Of a stretch of 64,000 nt of DNA, positions 1 to 11,827 are shown in pieces. The first letter of the stretch is position 1. Every line of letters begins with the position of its first letter. Both the position numbers and the translations under genes were made by a program. The stretch is taken from assembly GCF_006345805.1 (NCBI RefSeq), contig NC_043000.1, positions 134,230,001 to 134,294,000 of the forward strand, written 5' to 3'. This stretch comes from Octopus sinensis (Eukaryota). The notes under the pieces were generated by a model. The model saw nothing but the letters and a program-made list of their open reading frames with translations, was not told the origin of the DNA and searched no databases.

Positions 1-770
1 TAATTAGTTTATATTCTAAGAATTTTCTTGGTATTAATTTGGGAAGTGCAAGACTGGCACTAACTTTACCAAACTTAAATTCCAACAAATCTTACTGCAA
101 AATATTTTCAGCTAAGCCATTTATTTATTTATTTATTTTAAAGCAAAAGGCTTTAAATATGCTAATCTTAGACAAAATATCTTATATTTCTTTCCTGGTG
201 TTATTGTAGTTTCGCCCTCAACCATGACTGAGCAGAAAAGCCTATAGCCAAAGACATACCAGCTGTGACCATCCTGCTTTTTTTTCTATGACAAAGCAGT
301 GAGGTGTGATTTAAGGAAGATTTGACAGCTATTTCTAGCAGATCAAACGACCATCCAAAGGCTCCTTAATTTTCAGATGTGGCGATGGGAGATAGGGGTA
401 GGAGTTCCTCTAACTTTATTTTATTGATTGAAAGATCTTTGATCATCAATTTTGAGGATCAAAAATGTCAAGGGTTAGATCATGATGTTAATTCAATTAG
501 ACTAAAATATTTCAGAAACTGAAAAACAATAAATATTTCCTCAATAAATGTCATCTATTGAAGAAGTAAGGAGCAAGCATTTAATTAACAAGTACGATCA
601 GAAGCCTGTTCTAACTACTCAACAGAGCTAAACAATATTTGTCAATTTAAAAAGAAAAACAAAAAATCAATAACAGTGAGTTTGAAGAAGAAGATAAAAT
701 AAAATTATTTCACTTCTTATCAGTCAACAATTAAGCTTAAATGGAAAAGAAATTTTGTCCTAAGAAATGT

Positions 771-1042
771 CATCATCATCATCATTTTAACTTCTACTTT
801 TTCATGCTTTCAGATTTATTGTGACAGATTTTCTACAGCTGGGTGCTCTACCCGTCACCAACCCTCACTTGTTTCCAGGTAGGTAGTTAGGGTAATATTT
901 CCCCATGGCCAGATATGTTCTCACAGAATGCTGGAAATGAATGACACTGCTTGTATGACAGTGATATTCACAACTATCATGCGATATCAAGACAAAGAGA
1001 CACAAGCACATACACACCCATACACACACAAATGCACACATG

Positions 1043-1079
<37 letters not shown>

Positions 1080-1242
1080 CAGGCTTCTTTCAGTTCCAAC
1101 TACCAAATCCTCACACACAAGAGTTTTGGTCTGTCCAGGGCTATAACAGAAGACACTTGTCCAAGATGCCATACAGTGGGACCAAACCAGGAACGGTGTG
1201 ATTGGGAAATAAACTTCTAACCACACAGCCAAGCCTGCACCT
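771..1242 (-). mobile_element. tRNA/CORE-type SINE with (GAT)n-ending, RTE-like tail (family B2)
   Basis: On the minus strand: tRNA-like head, a degenerate CORE-like block (GGCATCTTGGACAAGTGTCTTCT), a (GT)n tract, then a tail ending in ATGATGATG. Other copies lie at about 4039, 19745, 47690 and 60900. Confidence 0.75.
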
Positions 1243-2193
1243 GATAGCTATATCCATCTAATTATCATTATCCCACCACCACTACCACCACCACCATCAC
1301 TAGTTGTACTACTATTACTACACAGGTTGTTCAAAGTCACCTACGTACTCTTTGTAGATAAATTGAGACTAGAAAAAAAAAAAATCAATGCTCAAGCTGC
1401 AATGGAGTTAATAAGAATACTAGAATGTTCACATGGATAGAATTTTTAAAAAATGGTTTGAGGGCAAACATCAATGTATCTATTCTAATACGTAAAATTA
1501 CCCATCGCTAACCCTAGCCACCGTGTACATACAAAATAGACTTTCAGAAATGTTATCAAACTTCAGGAGCTCTATAACAACAAAGTAACCATGTTGGATG
1601 TGTAAATGTCAGTCTAAAAAGGATACTGAGTTGAGATGAGCTACAAAGGTATTTAGAAATAAAAAGCAAAAGGGGAAAAAGAAAAACAAAATTTTTTATT
1701 GTGTTTTGTTTTTAAGGTATTAATCACACCAGTATGTAGGTTTTTACTTAAGTATATAGTTCGTAACCAAATAGCTACCTGAATAAGTACTATTTATAAG
1801 GCAAGGAGATTAAAAGGGGGTTTGGAGAGAAAAGAAAATACGTACACACAGCATGAAGGGGAAAAAAAAATTTTTTTTTTTTTCTTGCTCACTAACAGAG
1901 CTTGAACATTTCCGTAGTAGATATTTAAGAAAAAAAATAAAAAGAGATTTAGACATAGATTTAATAATGAAACTAAAAGATCAACTAAGTGCACAACATT
2001 ATTTGGTATTTTTTGAAGATTTAATATTTGCTACAATAAACATGTGTGTAATGACTACAATACAAGACTGGATTTTTCGGCATCCTTAGTACTTAGTATG
2101 TTTTGGTACTTAGTATGTTTTAACTTTCCTCTCCAAGGTGAATGAAATCATTACTAGTAATGTATTAGAATCAACTCTGAGTAATTAATATTT

Positions 2194-2620
2194 AAGGTGG
2201 TTAGGAAGGTGAGTAGGTAGAATCATTAGCACACAGGGCAAAATACTTAGCGGCATTTCATCAGTCTTTGTGTTCTAAGTTCAAATTCTACCAAGGTCAA
2301 CTTTACCTTTCATCCTTTCGGGATCAATAAAAATAAGTACCTGTTGAGCATGGGTCGATCTAATCAACTTATTCTCTGCATCCCAAAATTATTGGCTTTG
2401 TGCCAAAATTTGAAACCAATATTTAAGGTGGCAAGTTGGCAGAATCATTGGCATATCAGACAAAATGCTCAACAGCATTTCTTCTAGCTCATAACGTTCT
2501 GAGTTCAAATTCCACCAAAGTCAATTTTGCTTTTCATCCCTTTTGGGATCAATGAAATAAAATACTAGTCAAGTACTGAGGCCAATGTAATTGATTTCTC
2601 CCTTCCCCATGAAAACTGCT
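2194..2620 (+). mobile_element. Two tandem, CpG-decayed tRNA-derived SINE copies (family A2)
   Basis: Each copy has a degenerate GGTGG..GAGCTGGCAGAA head, a B-box-like AGTTCAAATTC and a TTTCATCC..GGATCAAT central block. Both starts are preceded by AATATTTAAGGTGG. Confidence 0.75.
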
Positions 2621-2851
2621 ACAACAGACCAGCATCCCATTCAGGGGCAAAGTTTTGATCTCAGTCAATTATTCACCATGGAAACTAGGTAATGATTCTT
2701 ATGAGTCCTAGGACTCATGAAAAAATTTAAAAGACAAAAAAAATTATGTTTACAATTAATAAGAAAAGAAACTAATTTATTTTCAACATTTTACGATGCA
2801 ACCATATGAGTTACTTTCAAAAATCAAATATCCACATTAATTTTTCAAATA

Positions 2852-3791
2852 TACGAGGGAGAGTCAAAAACTATACACACTCTTGTTTTTTTCAATGTAT
2901 TTACACAAAAGCAGGGGATAAACAAGTACATCATTTTTCTATATAGTCTCCTTCCTTTTCAATACACTTGGTCCAGTGGTTCACAACCTTGTGTATTCCC
3001 CCCAAGAAGAAGGTTTTCAGTTAGTCATGCAACCATCTATGCACTGCTTCCTTCACATCTTCACTTGTTGGAGATCGATGACCTTGAAAACCATCTTTGA
3101 GCAGTTCAAAGATTTGATAGTCCGAAGGCGGCGAGCTGGCAGAAACGTTAGAATCCCGGGCAAAGTGCTTCGCAGTATTTCGCTCGTTGTTACGTTCTGA
3201 GTTCAAATTCCACCGAGGTCGATTTTGCCTTTCATCCTTTCGGGGTCGATAAATTAAGTACCAGTTACGCACTGGGGTTGATGTAATCGACTTAATCCAT
3301 TTGTCCCCTCTATGTTTAGCCCCTTGTGGGTAATAAAGAAACAGATTTGATAGCCAGAAGGGGTGAGATCTAGGCTGTAAGCAGAGTGTTCCAGTACCTC
3401 AAAAACCAATTTGTTAATAGTTTCAACGGTCTGAGTGGCCATGTGTGGGCATGCATTGTCATGCAACAACAAAACTTTCTTCAACAATAGGCTTCAGCAT
3501 TTGGTGCGAATTGCTGGCTTCAGTTCGTTGGCCAGCAAAGCACTGTATCATACAACCCTTTTCCAGAGAAATTAGATCACTGCTCTTTGTTTTCCCTTGA
3601 TGCACATTGCTAGTGGAATGGCCAAGCTTGCGCTGTAAAGCTAGAAAGAAAAATGACGCAACAAGGCTCAAACTTCAATCACATGGCCACAATAGTACTA
3701 GCTATAAGCACATATGCGTAGAAGGCAATGTGACAATAATAAAGATATGTTATGGTGAAAGTGCAGATAATTTTTGACTTCCCCTCATGTA
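2852..3791 (-). mobile_element. Internally deleted mariner (Tc1/mariner) transposon relic
   Basis: Imperfect TIRs: TACGAGGGAGAGTCAAAAACTATACACAC at 2852 and its inverted counterpart GTGCAGATAATTTTTGACTTCCCCTCATGTA ending at 3791. Minus-strand peptides LLLHDNACPHMATQTVETINKLVFEVLEHSAYSLDLTPSGYQI and FELLKDGFQGHRSPTSEDVKEAVHRWL match the mariner HDNARPH and YSPDLAPSDY motifs. Confidence 0.9.
3125..3342 (+). mobile_element. tRNA-derived SINE (family A) inserted in the mariner relic
   Basis: GGCGGCGAGCTGGCAGAAACG head and TGAGTTCAAATTCC B-box. Flanked by the direct repeat AGATTTGATAG (3110-3120 and 3343-3353). Confidence 0.9.
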
Positions 3792-4038
3792 TTTTACAGT
3801 TTTTAATGCAAATATTAATGATGATGTTGGAAGGAAAGACATATGATTCAATTTTATTCAACTGCAACTTACACATAACGTAATTCTGTTACAGGATTTA
3901 AACATGTTACATGTGCATTAATATTCCGACAACTTGACAATACAGTTGTCACATTACATCTCATTTCATGTAAACCTATATAAACAAATATAGATTATAT
4001 ATCCCATCTTAGGTAAAGAAATTGTTGCAGACAATAGG

Positions 4039-4410
4039 TACAGGCATAGCTGTGTGGTTAAAGAAGTCTGCTTCTGAATCAGATGGTTTTGAGTTTGGTC
4101 CCACTGTGTGCACTTTGGACAAGTGTGTTCTATTATAGCCTTCGGAGTGGATTTAACAGAAGGAAGCTGAAAAAAGCCTCTTATGTGTGTGTGCATGTGC
4201 TTGTATGTGTCTCCTTGTCTTGACATCATGTAATAGATATGAGTATTATAACCATATAAGCAGTGGCCTTCATTTCAAATTTTCTGTATAAACATGTGCA
4301 GCAATGGGGAAACAGGTAAGAGCATGAGGCCACAGTAAATCTGCCTCAATAAATTCTATCTGACCCATGCAAACATAGAAAAGTGGACATAAAAACGATA
4401 ATGATGATGA
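4039..4410 (+). mobile_element. Degenerate family B2 SINE
   Basis: GGCATAGCTGTGTGGTTAAAGAAG head, CORE-like block, GTCTCCTTGTCTTGACATC, and a tail ending GATAATGATGATGAC. Confidence 0.7.
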
Positions 4411-4538
4411 CAACAACTGGAGTAAAGAAAAGTAGAGATTTGATAGTGCAAAACACAATGTCTCACAAAAATAAAAAATTCCATGCCAAATAAAGAAATC
4501 AATATTGATCACAACCAAACTATAAAACACCATTGCTT

Positions 4539-4767
4539 TTAATCCTTAAGCTTTCAGGTTATTGTCAAATGTAATGTTTATTTATTTATTCACAGTGTTT
4601 TTAATTACTCATGTATTATCTTGTAGCTTTGAGATTTTCATGATTGATAGCTTAGTTTTAGAAGGACATTGTAAGATATGTGTGAGAGGCTGGATCTGGC
4701 TGGTTTGAATATAGAACAGGAAGAATATTTTGGCTGGACATAGCCAGTTTAAATGCTAAAGGGTTAA
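4539..4767. mobile_element. piggyBac-type MITE (family E)
   Basis: TTAA at both ends; the right end is AAATGCTAAAGGGTTAA. It is the reverse complement of the outer element at 48083-48536. Confidence 0.75.
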
Positions 4768-6151
4768 ATACATGAACACCATTACAAGCAAACTAACCTG
4801 GCACTATGTCACCTTGGCACATACCTAGAGGGACTGTGGTTGTTTGACCCTAGATCAACTGTAGTTGAACAGACTGCTGATCAAAGGCATTTCAACCAGA
4901 GTTATCCGGTTTTGTTTGCATATCTAAGAAAACATTGTCTAATATGTCCATCCTTTTTTTTTTAGATGGTAGGGTAGATAAATATGATTACTTATAATAT
5001 CACCACTAATGAGCACATTCTTTATTAATGAGAAGAGGCACAGAATTTGCGTCCATCTCATTATTTTTTTCTTTGCCATAGTATTGGACAAGTTTGGAAT
5101 GTTTAAAACATCTCAATTCAATTAAACATGACAATTTATCTCCCCAATCGTTACATCACTGCTCAATGAGTAACACTTATGATGAGGGAATTTGGCTGTT
5201 ATTTCTAACAAAACCAAGTAACCACATAGTGGCTCCGTAATTAGCTCAGTTGAGAGAATATTAGACTGAAGAGTGACTGTGATACTAATAGATGCATATG
5301 TCAGCCAAATCATTCCCATGTGCTAATTAAATACAGGAATTCAACAACTTGGACACAGACAAACTAGGATAATTAGATTCCCACACAACTCGTTTCAGAA
5401 TATTAAAAAAAAAAATATTTTCTTTACATTTTTTATTTGGTTTTTCTATGGTTCAACAAATTTAAATTTTAATATTTAGGGCAGTTCTTTTCTACAGCCA
5501 GATGCTCACTTTTTTAACAAGACACCACCATAATGAATGAACTAGGATTCACACTTTGTTTTCAGCTGGACAGAGTAGAAGCCAATTAAGGTAACATATA
5601 TAAAGGTGTGCAACAAAATAACTGTAGTCAATTGTGGTGGTCTCTTGGGGGAACCCAGCTACTGAACTTTACAGCATTTGTGCCTTTATATGTTTCGAAC
5701 ATACACGAAATATATAAATAAAGCCTCTCGACCTCTTGTTTTTCACAAATACATCCCATTTTCAAAGTCAAAAGTAATAGGAAAATAACAAAAAAGAATA
5801 TATAAAGGAATGAAAACTGTCTACATATCTGTACATATATATATATACACATACATAACAAAAGAGATAATCCCAGAGGAGTGAGATTAATTTTAGTTTG
5901 CATCACAGGGGATGGGCAAAACTAAGCGTACACATTCCATTGCAGGTAACTTGACAGATCAAGTACTAAACAGTAGTGGTGGCAGTGAATGTAGTAGCAG
6001 TTGAAGTACTTGTTGTGATAATGGTAGCAACTACTAATATATTCAGTAAATATAATATGGTTACAGAAAAATAGCTTAAATGTAAATACAAAAGTAAATA
6101 TTTCATAAATTATTTTTGTCCTGAAATTGCAAAACAGAAAAATCTGTCAAT

Positions 6152-6275
6152 ATAATAATAATAATAATAATGAAATTATTGTATACAGTACTCAGGTGCA
6201 CCACAACTTGTCAGAAAGTGCATATAAAGTACATGCAGTAATGTAGAAATGTTTGGAAAGCGAACAGTCATGCTC
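6152..6275 (-). mobile_element. 3' UTR fragment of a CR1-like LINE with (TTA)n tail
   Basis: AATAATAATGAAATTATTGTATACAGTACTCAGGTGCACCACAACT matches the 3' end of the CR1-like fragment at 13265. Confidence 0.55.
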
Positions 6276-6325
6276 AATTAACAGGCTTCACTGTTTAATT
6301 TGATCTGAACTTAATGATATATATA

Positions 6326-6390
<65 letters not shown>

Positions 6391-6392
<2 letters not shown>

Positions 6393-6642
6393 TCATCATC
6401 GTTTAACGTCCGTTTTCCATGCTAGCATGGGTTGGACGGTTCGACCGGGATCTGGGAAGCCAGGGGCTGCACCAGGCTCCAGTCTGATCTGGCAGTGTTT
6501 CTACAGCTGGATGCCCTTCCTAATGCCAACCACTCCGTGAGTGTAGTGGGTGCTTTTTACGTGCCACCGGCACAGAAGCCAGTCAAGGCGGCGCTGGCAT
6601 CGACCACGTTCAGATGGTGCTTTTTACGTGCCACTAGCACAG
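6391..6642 (-). mobile_element. (GAT)n-tailed non-autonomous element (family C) inside an (AT)n microsatellite
   Basis: CATCATCATCGTTTAACGTCCGTTTTCCATGCTAGCATGGG... with two ACGTGCCAC repeat cores. (AT)n on both sides. Confidence 0.8.
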
Positions 6643-6644
6643 TA

Positions 6645-6677
<33 letters not shown>

Positions 6678-7188
6678 ATATATATTTAACCATCTTTCTG
6701 TAAGCATCTGTAATATAGTTAAAGAGATGGCTTAATGAAAATAAAATGAAATATTAAACAATTATTCATATCCCAAAATTAAAAGACAGAAAATTTCTAA
6801 GCACTGTCATGCTTAAATGAGCAGTCTTCACTGTTTATCTCAATCTGAACTATATAACAAACAACAAGAGCACCTAGAGAGCACAAACCTCTGCCAAGGC
6901 AACACCAACGTCCTCCTAACAATTAGCCAGAGATGATTTTTAAAATGAAAATATATGAAATAAACTCAACTGCTCTCACAAACGAGAATACTAAAAATGA
7001 ACCCGACTGCTCTCAAAGATAAGTATAAAAAAAAAAAAAAAATTTTTTTTAAATAATCCAGAATCTTTGTCCGGTACCTTATCGATCCCAATGGTAGTCA
7101 TGGAATGTGAAGGTGGCTGTAGAAATTTTAGTAACAGTAATAAATAGTTTGAAGTTCACTTCAAGTCCTATTTACAATAAAATGAATA

Positions 7189-7530
7189 TCATCATCATCA
7201 TCGTTTAACGTCCGCTTTCCATGCTAGCATGGGTTGGACGGTTCAACTGGGGTCTGGGGAGCCCGAAGGCTGCACCAGGCCAGTCAGATCTGGCAGTGTT
7301 TCTACAGCTGGATGCCCTTCCTAATGCCAACCACTCCAAGAGTGTAGTGGGTGATTTTATGTGCCACCGACACAGGTGCCAGACGAGGCTGGCAAACGGC
7401 CACGCTTGGATGGTGTATTTTATGTGCCACCGACACAGGTGCCAGACGAGGCTGGCGAACGGCCACGATCGGATGGTGTTTGTTACGTGCCCACAGCATG
7501 GAGGCCAGTCGATGCGGTACTGGCTACGGC
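7189..7530 (-). mobile_element. Family C element with internal 63-bp tandem repeats
   Basis: Same tail as the 6391 copy. Near-identical units start at 7358 and 7421, followed by a third partial unit. Confidence 0.8.
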
Positions 7531-8280
7531 CTATGTTAAAGATCAGATTTATTATGGTTTACTCTTCATGCCTTAACCTTAAGTAATAAATAATAATTAA
7601 TCTAAAACATGCAGAAAATCAACTTCTAAGAAAAGTGAAATGAGTTCTGTGAAATAATTAGGTAACCCTCTATGTTCTGGATTTAGACCCCACTGGATAA
7701 ATATAAAATGAAAAGTAAAATAAATAAGAGTAAAACAGATCATGGTCAGATACTAAGATATAAGATTATTGTCAATAACAAGACATCTCCAGCAGAGTCT
7801 GTGAAGATACTCTTGTCTGTAGGACAATAACAGCATTCATTAGAAAGTGAAACAAATATTCCTTTATCTATTAGCTTCTGTGGATCTTCTTATTCATTGC
7901 TGCTGGCGCCAGATGACGCCAAAGGGCATCTCTGAAAGTTGTTTATTATTTTGGAGAGAGCAGTGATGCTAACCAAAAGAATTCTGCATATCAAAGGAGG
8001 TAGTATAATATGATTATTTGAAATTGTGTAGAGTACAAATTCAGTGTGAAAGATTATAAATTTCTCTTTCAAAAAGAATGTAATCTTGAGGTAAAATATT
8101 TCTAGGCCACAATTTCTACTGAATCAGTTCTCTGACCTGACTTAAGCTGCGTGTAAAAAAATAGTTTTGAAATACAAAGTATGCATAATGCATTTTGTAC
8201 TCAATTATTATTATTATTAATATCATTATTATTATTATTATTATTATTGTTATTATTATTAATGATAATAATATTAATAC

Positions 8281-8693
8281 CAAAAACTGAGCAAATATAA
8301 AGATCTTGAAATAGAAATTAGCAAAATGTGGAACCTGAAGACTAAAACAATACCTGTTGTCATAGGTGCCCTGGGAATGATAGCAAAAGGGGCTGATTGC
8401 TACCTAGTTCAGATACCAGGAAACCCCAAAACAGCAGAAATTCAAAAGATAGTACTCATGGGAACTGCCTATATCCTGCGCAACATACTTTCTATTTAAT
8501 CTCAAGTTTTAAAAAACAAACATAATTTTCTTATGGTTTCTTAAACATTCTCTGGAACAACACTATGTACAAAACCAAATATATGGCACCCTAGGCATAA
8601 CACCAACATGAACTTCCAACTTGTTGTCTCTTGAGGTCTCTGGGTGAGACTTGGAGCCAACTTGTACAAGTGTAAAGCAAAAGTCAAACATAA

Positions 8694-8722
<29 letters not shown>
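8281..8722 (+). mobile_element. 5'-truncated R4/Dong-clade non-LTR retrotransposon (REL-domain C-terminus, 3' UTR and (AAT)n tail)
   Basis: 8281-8499 reads QKLSKYKDLEIEISKMWNLKTKTIPVVIGALGMIAKGADCYLVQIPGNPKTAEIQKIVLMGTAYILRNILSI*. It shows the K..KY.DL and PVVIGALG motifs of REL-type elements. (TTA)n/(TAA)n tracts lie on both sides. Confidence 0.85.
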
Positions 8723-8724
<2 letters not shown>

Positions 8725-8727
<3 letters not shown>

Positions 8728-9227
8728 GATGGGCTACAGCAAATATTCTGCTCAATACCACTAAAAGATGGGCTACAGCAAATATTCTGCTCAATACCAC
8801 AGATTTGCTTGTCAGTTGTTTGACCTTAACCAGTTGAGCATGTCCCTTAGTGGCTGACGATATGTGCATCTCTGATCACGAGCAGAAGTAGTGGGGGAGC
8901 ATCATAGCCATGTGTTGAGAGGGATGCTTTAGGGTTTGAATAGTTCACCTCTGGAAACATGGGTGATTCTTTCAACATCCTTAAACAACCCTTATTCGGG
9001 GACCGTTTGAGCGGGATGGGCTACTCAACCTGAAGAAAATTCAAACTGGGCCCCACCTGCAAGGTCATGTGCTGTTTATCTTGATATGAGATCACCATGT
9101 CGCGCACATATGGTTGTGATGCATGTGCCTGGTGTACCTTTATCAGACGGGTAGTCATGATGGGTATATTGGGCTTCGTATATTTTACCCCAGTGTCACT
9201 TTGATGGCATGAACTGCTCTCTCACTC
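8725..9227. mobile_element. About 500-bp non-coding interspersed repeat bounded by (AAT)n, with a 39-bp 5' tandem duplication
   Basis: AAAGATGGGCTACAGCAAATATTCTGCTCAATACCAC occurs at 8725 and 8764. The element is GC-richer than its flanks, has no long ORF, and has (AAT)n at both boundaries. Confidence 0.55.
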
Positions 9228-9353
9228 AATAATAATAATAATAATAATGGAAACAAAAATCATAGCTATGGATGTTTTTTCCAGCTAATCTCACACATAC
9301 AACTTGCAGAAATGTGTGCATATGTGCATGTTCTGCATATAAATTATTTCCAT

Positions 9354-9763
9354 TACTCTTTTACTTGTTTCAGTCATTTGACTGTGGCCATGCTGGAGCA
9401 CCGCCTTTTAGTCGAGCAAATCGACCCCAGGACTTATTCTTTGTAAGCCTAGTACTCTTTCTATCAGTCTCTCTTGCCGAACTGCTAAGTGATGGGGCCG
9501 TAAACACACCAGCATCAGTTATCAAGTGATGCTGAGGGGACAAACACAGACACACAAACATATACATACACACATATATATAAATATATACATATATACA
9601 CGATGGGCTTCTTTCAGTTTCCGTCTACCAAATCCACTCACAAGGCTTTGGTCGGCCTGAGGCAATTGTAGAAGACACTTGCCCAAGATGCCACGCAGTG
9701 GGACTGAACCCGGAACCATGTGGTTCGTAAGTGAGCTACTTACCACACAGCCACTCCTACACC
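9354..9763 (-). mobile_element. Young tRNA/CORE-type SINE (family B1)
   Basis: Reverse complement of the 16229 copy: GGAGTGGCTGTGTGGTAAG head, GGTTCAGTCCC B-box, CORE-like CTTGGGCAAGTGTCTT and an AGTAAAAGAGT tail. Confidence 0.85.
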
Positions 9764-11597
9764 ATGGTGGTTTTATTACATTAATATTTTATAGAAATCC
9801 TGAAGGCTATACTAATTCCTACATTACAAATAGAAATGAGACAATGACAGAAGAAAGCTGCTGCAAACTTTTTTTTTTTTTAATAGCTCTAATCCATACA
9901 CCCACCTCTCAAGTAATATGCTGGCATTAAACAAGTGAATTGTTTAGGCTAAATCTGAAGCATTTGAGTAATATATCAGGGCATGTTTATTGAAATATTC
10001 ACCATCCTGACAAAAGTATGAACAGCTAATTTACAAAGAAACCATCACACAAATAGGAAACAAAAACTCTTTAAGACAAATGTAAAACAATGACCTTTCA
10101 TTTCTTAACAAGCGTTGGCTGCTACAGTTCACTCCTCATAACAAAAACAATAAATATATATACATTTGAACATTTATTACTGGTGCATTAGCAAGATCTT
10201 TGAATATCCCACACAATCAGTTAAATATTTTGAAAACATTTACAGTTTTTGATATTAAAACAGGATAGAGGAGAAGATAGGCAAATGCCAAACCCATTTC
10301 ACAATGAACAATCACATGGAAGACAAGATGAAGATATAACCTTTCAGTGACCTTATGTTGGGGCTAACCTTATGTTGAGAAACCAAAATCTCAGTTAATG
10401 ACAAAGTAGGTTAATTTCTGGCACTTCAACTCCACCTTACTAATTAGCAATGACAGAAAAAATAACCAAGTTCAAATACTAGTTGGAAATGTGGTTAGGT
10501 TTTTTCATTGTCTTGACTAATTAAGAAACCACTACTGACATTTGTTTAAGTCCTCCCACACTCACACCACCCTCACTAGAAAATAGGCTTCTGAATAAAG
10601 TATTGTTCTTTAATCACATCAAGATTACAAATTACTAACTGCAGTTAGTCTTACTGTTTTGTCTTAGCTGTAACTACAACTCAATAAGCATTCAAAAATT
10701 GGATATATTTGTCAGAAAACCATTCCTGAGAGAAAGAGAGAAATATGAAAGGAAGTTTAGTTCCGACTTGTTATTGATAAATATGGTTCACAGTTATAAA
10801 CTATAGATTCATTCATTCAGTTCTTTAAACTGACAGGAAGTTATCCACTTATAGATTTCAGGAATTGAATTTACCATTCCAAACAGATATATTCTTCTGA
10901 GTGGTTAAACATAAATCTCAAGCTTATTAAAAGACATCAGACAATAATTCAGTCTTGATATTGTAAAACATTAACACCAAATAACGGCCAAATAATGGAT
11001 ACAATAAGCAATGTGCATATTCAGATTAAAACTGAACCCAAAGCGACAACAGCTATAACTAACTGAATGACAATGTTGGCATTACTGGGAGAACAGCTTA
11101 CAGGAAGAGCTGAAAAATGGTGAAGAGGAAGAGAAATGAGGTAAATTTGTGGCTTGCTGTACTATCTTTTAATCGTTATCTTTAACTTGTTTCAGTCATT
11201 GGACTGTGGCCATGAAGGGCTCAGCTGGAAAAAAAATCTATTCCAGTACTTTCTTTCTTTGTTACTAGTATTTATACTCTCAATCTCTTTTTACGAACTG
11301 TTATGGGGATGTAAACAACCCAGCACCAGTTGTCAAACAGTAGATGAAGACACACACACACACAAACAATGGGCTTCCACTCAGTTTCTATCAAATTCAC
11401 TCACAAGGCATTGGTTGGCCCAGAGCTATAGTAAAAGACACTTTCCCAAGGAGCCACACAGAAGGGACAACCTAAAACCATGCTTGCACCTAGCCAATAT
11501 TCACGTGTGGACTACATTACTTTTCAATTAAGAAGTTCATCCCAATTCACAAATTCTTCAAGATCTACAAAGTCAATATAATGTAGATTACTAATGC

Positions 11598-11827
11598 TTA
11601 ACCCTTTTGAGACCAACCTGGCTGAAACCGGCTCTGGCTCTGTAGTACAAATGTCTTGTTTTCACAAGTTTAGAATTAAAATCTTCTACCAAATCTTAGT
11701 CACAATTTATGTTCCTAACACTAACTTAATGATAACTAAGTTATTTTACTAAATTCTTTGTTATATTCAAAATTGATTGAAAGAAACACAGAGCATCTCA
11801 AAATAAATACAATAACGAAAGGGTTAA
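11598..11827. mobile_element. piggyBac-type MITE (family D)
   Basis: TTAA-CCCTTT...AAAGGG-TTAA. Internal sequence is shared with the copies at 34071, 46110 and 48099. Confidence 0.85.

Noticed and set aside
2701-2718. 18-bp perfect palindrome ATGAGTCCTAGGACTCAT
   Set aside because: A single palindrome of this size is roughly within chance expectation for 64 kb, and there is no supporting context.
3125-3200. tRNA-like A/B boxes in family A and B heads
   Set aside because: They continue into SINE bodies with TSDs and do not form complete cloverleaves, so they are not tRNA genes.
5628-5906. Minus-strand 92-aa ORF with a hydrophobic stretch (FSFLYIFFFVIFLLLLTL)
   Set aside because: The hydrophobicity reflects T-rich low complexity, the ORF spans an (AT)n tract, and no family is recognisable.
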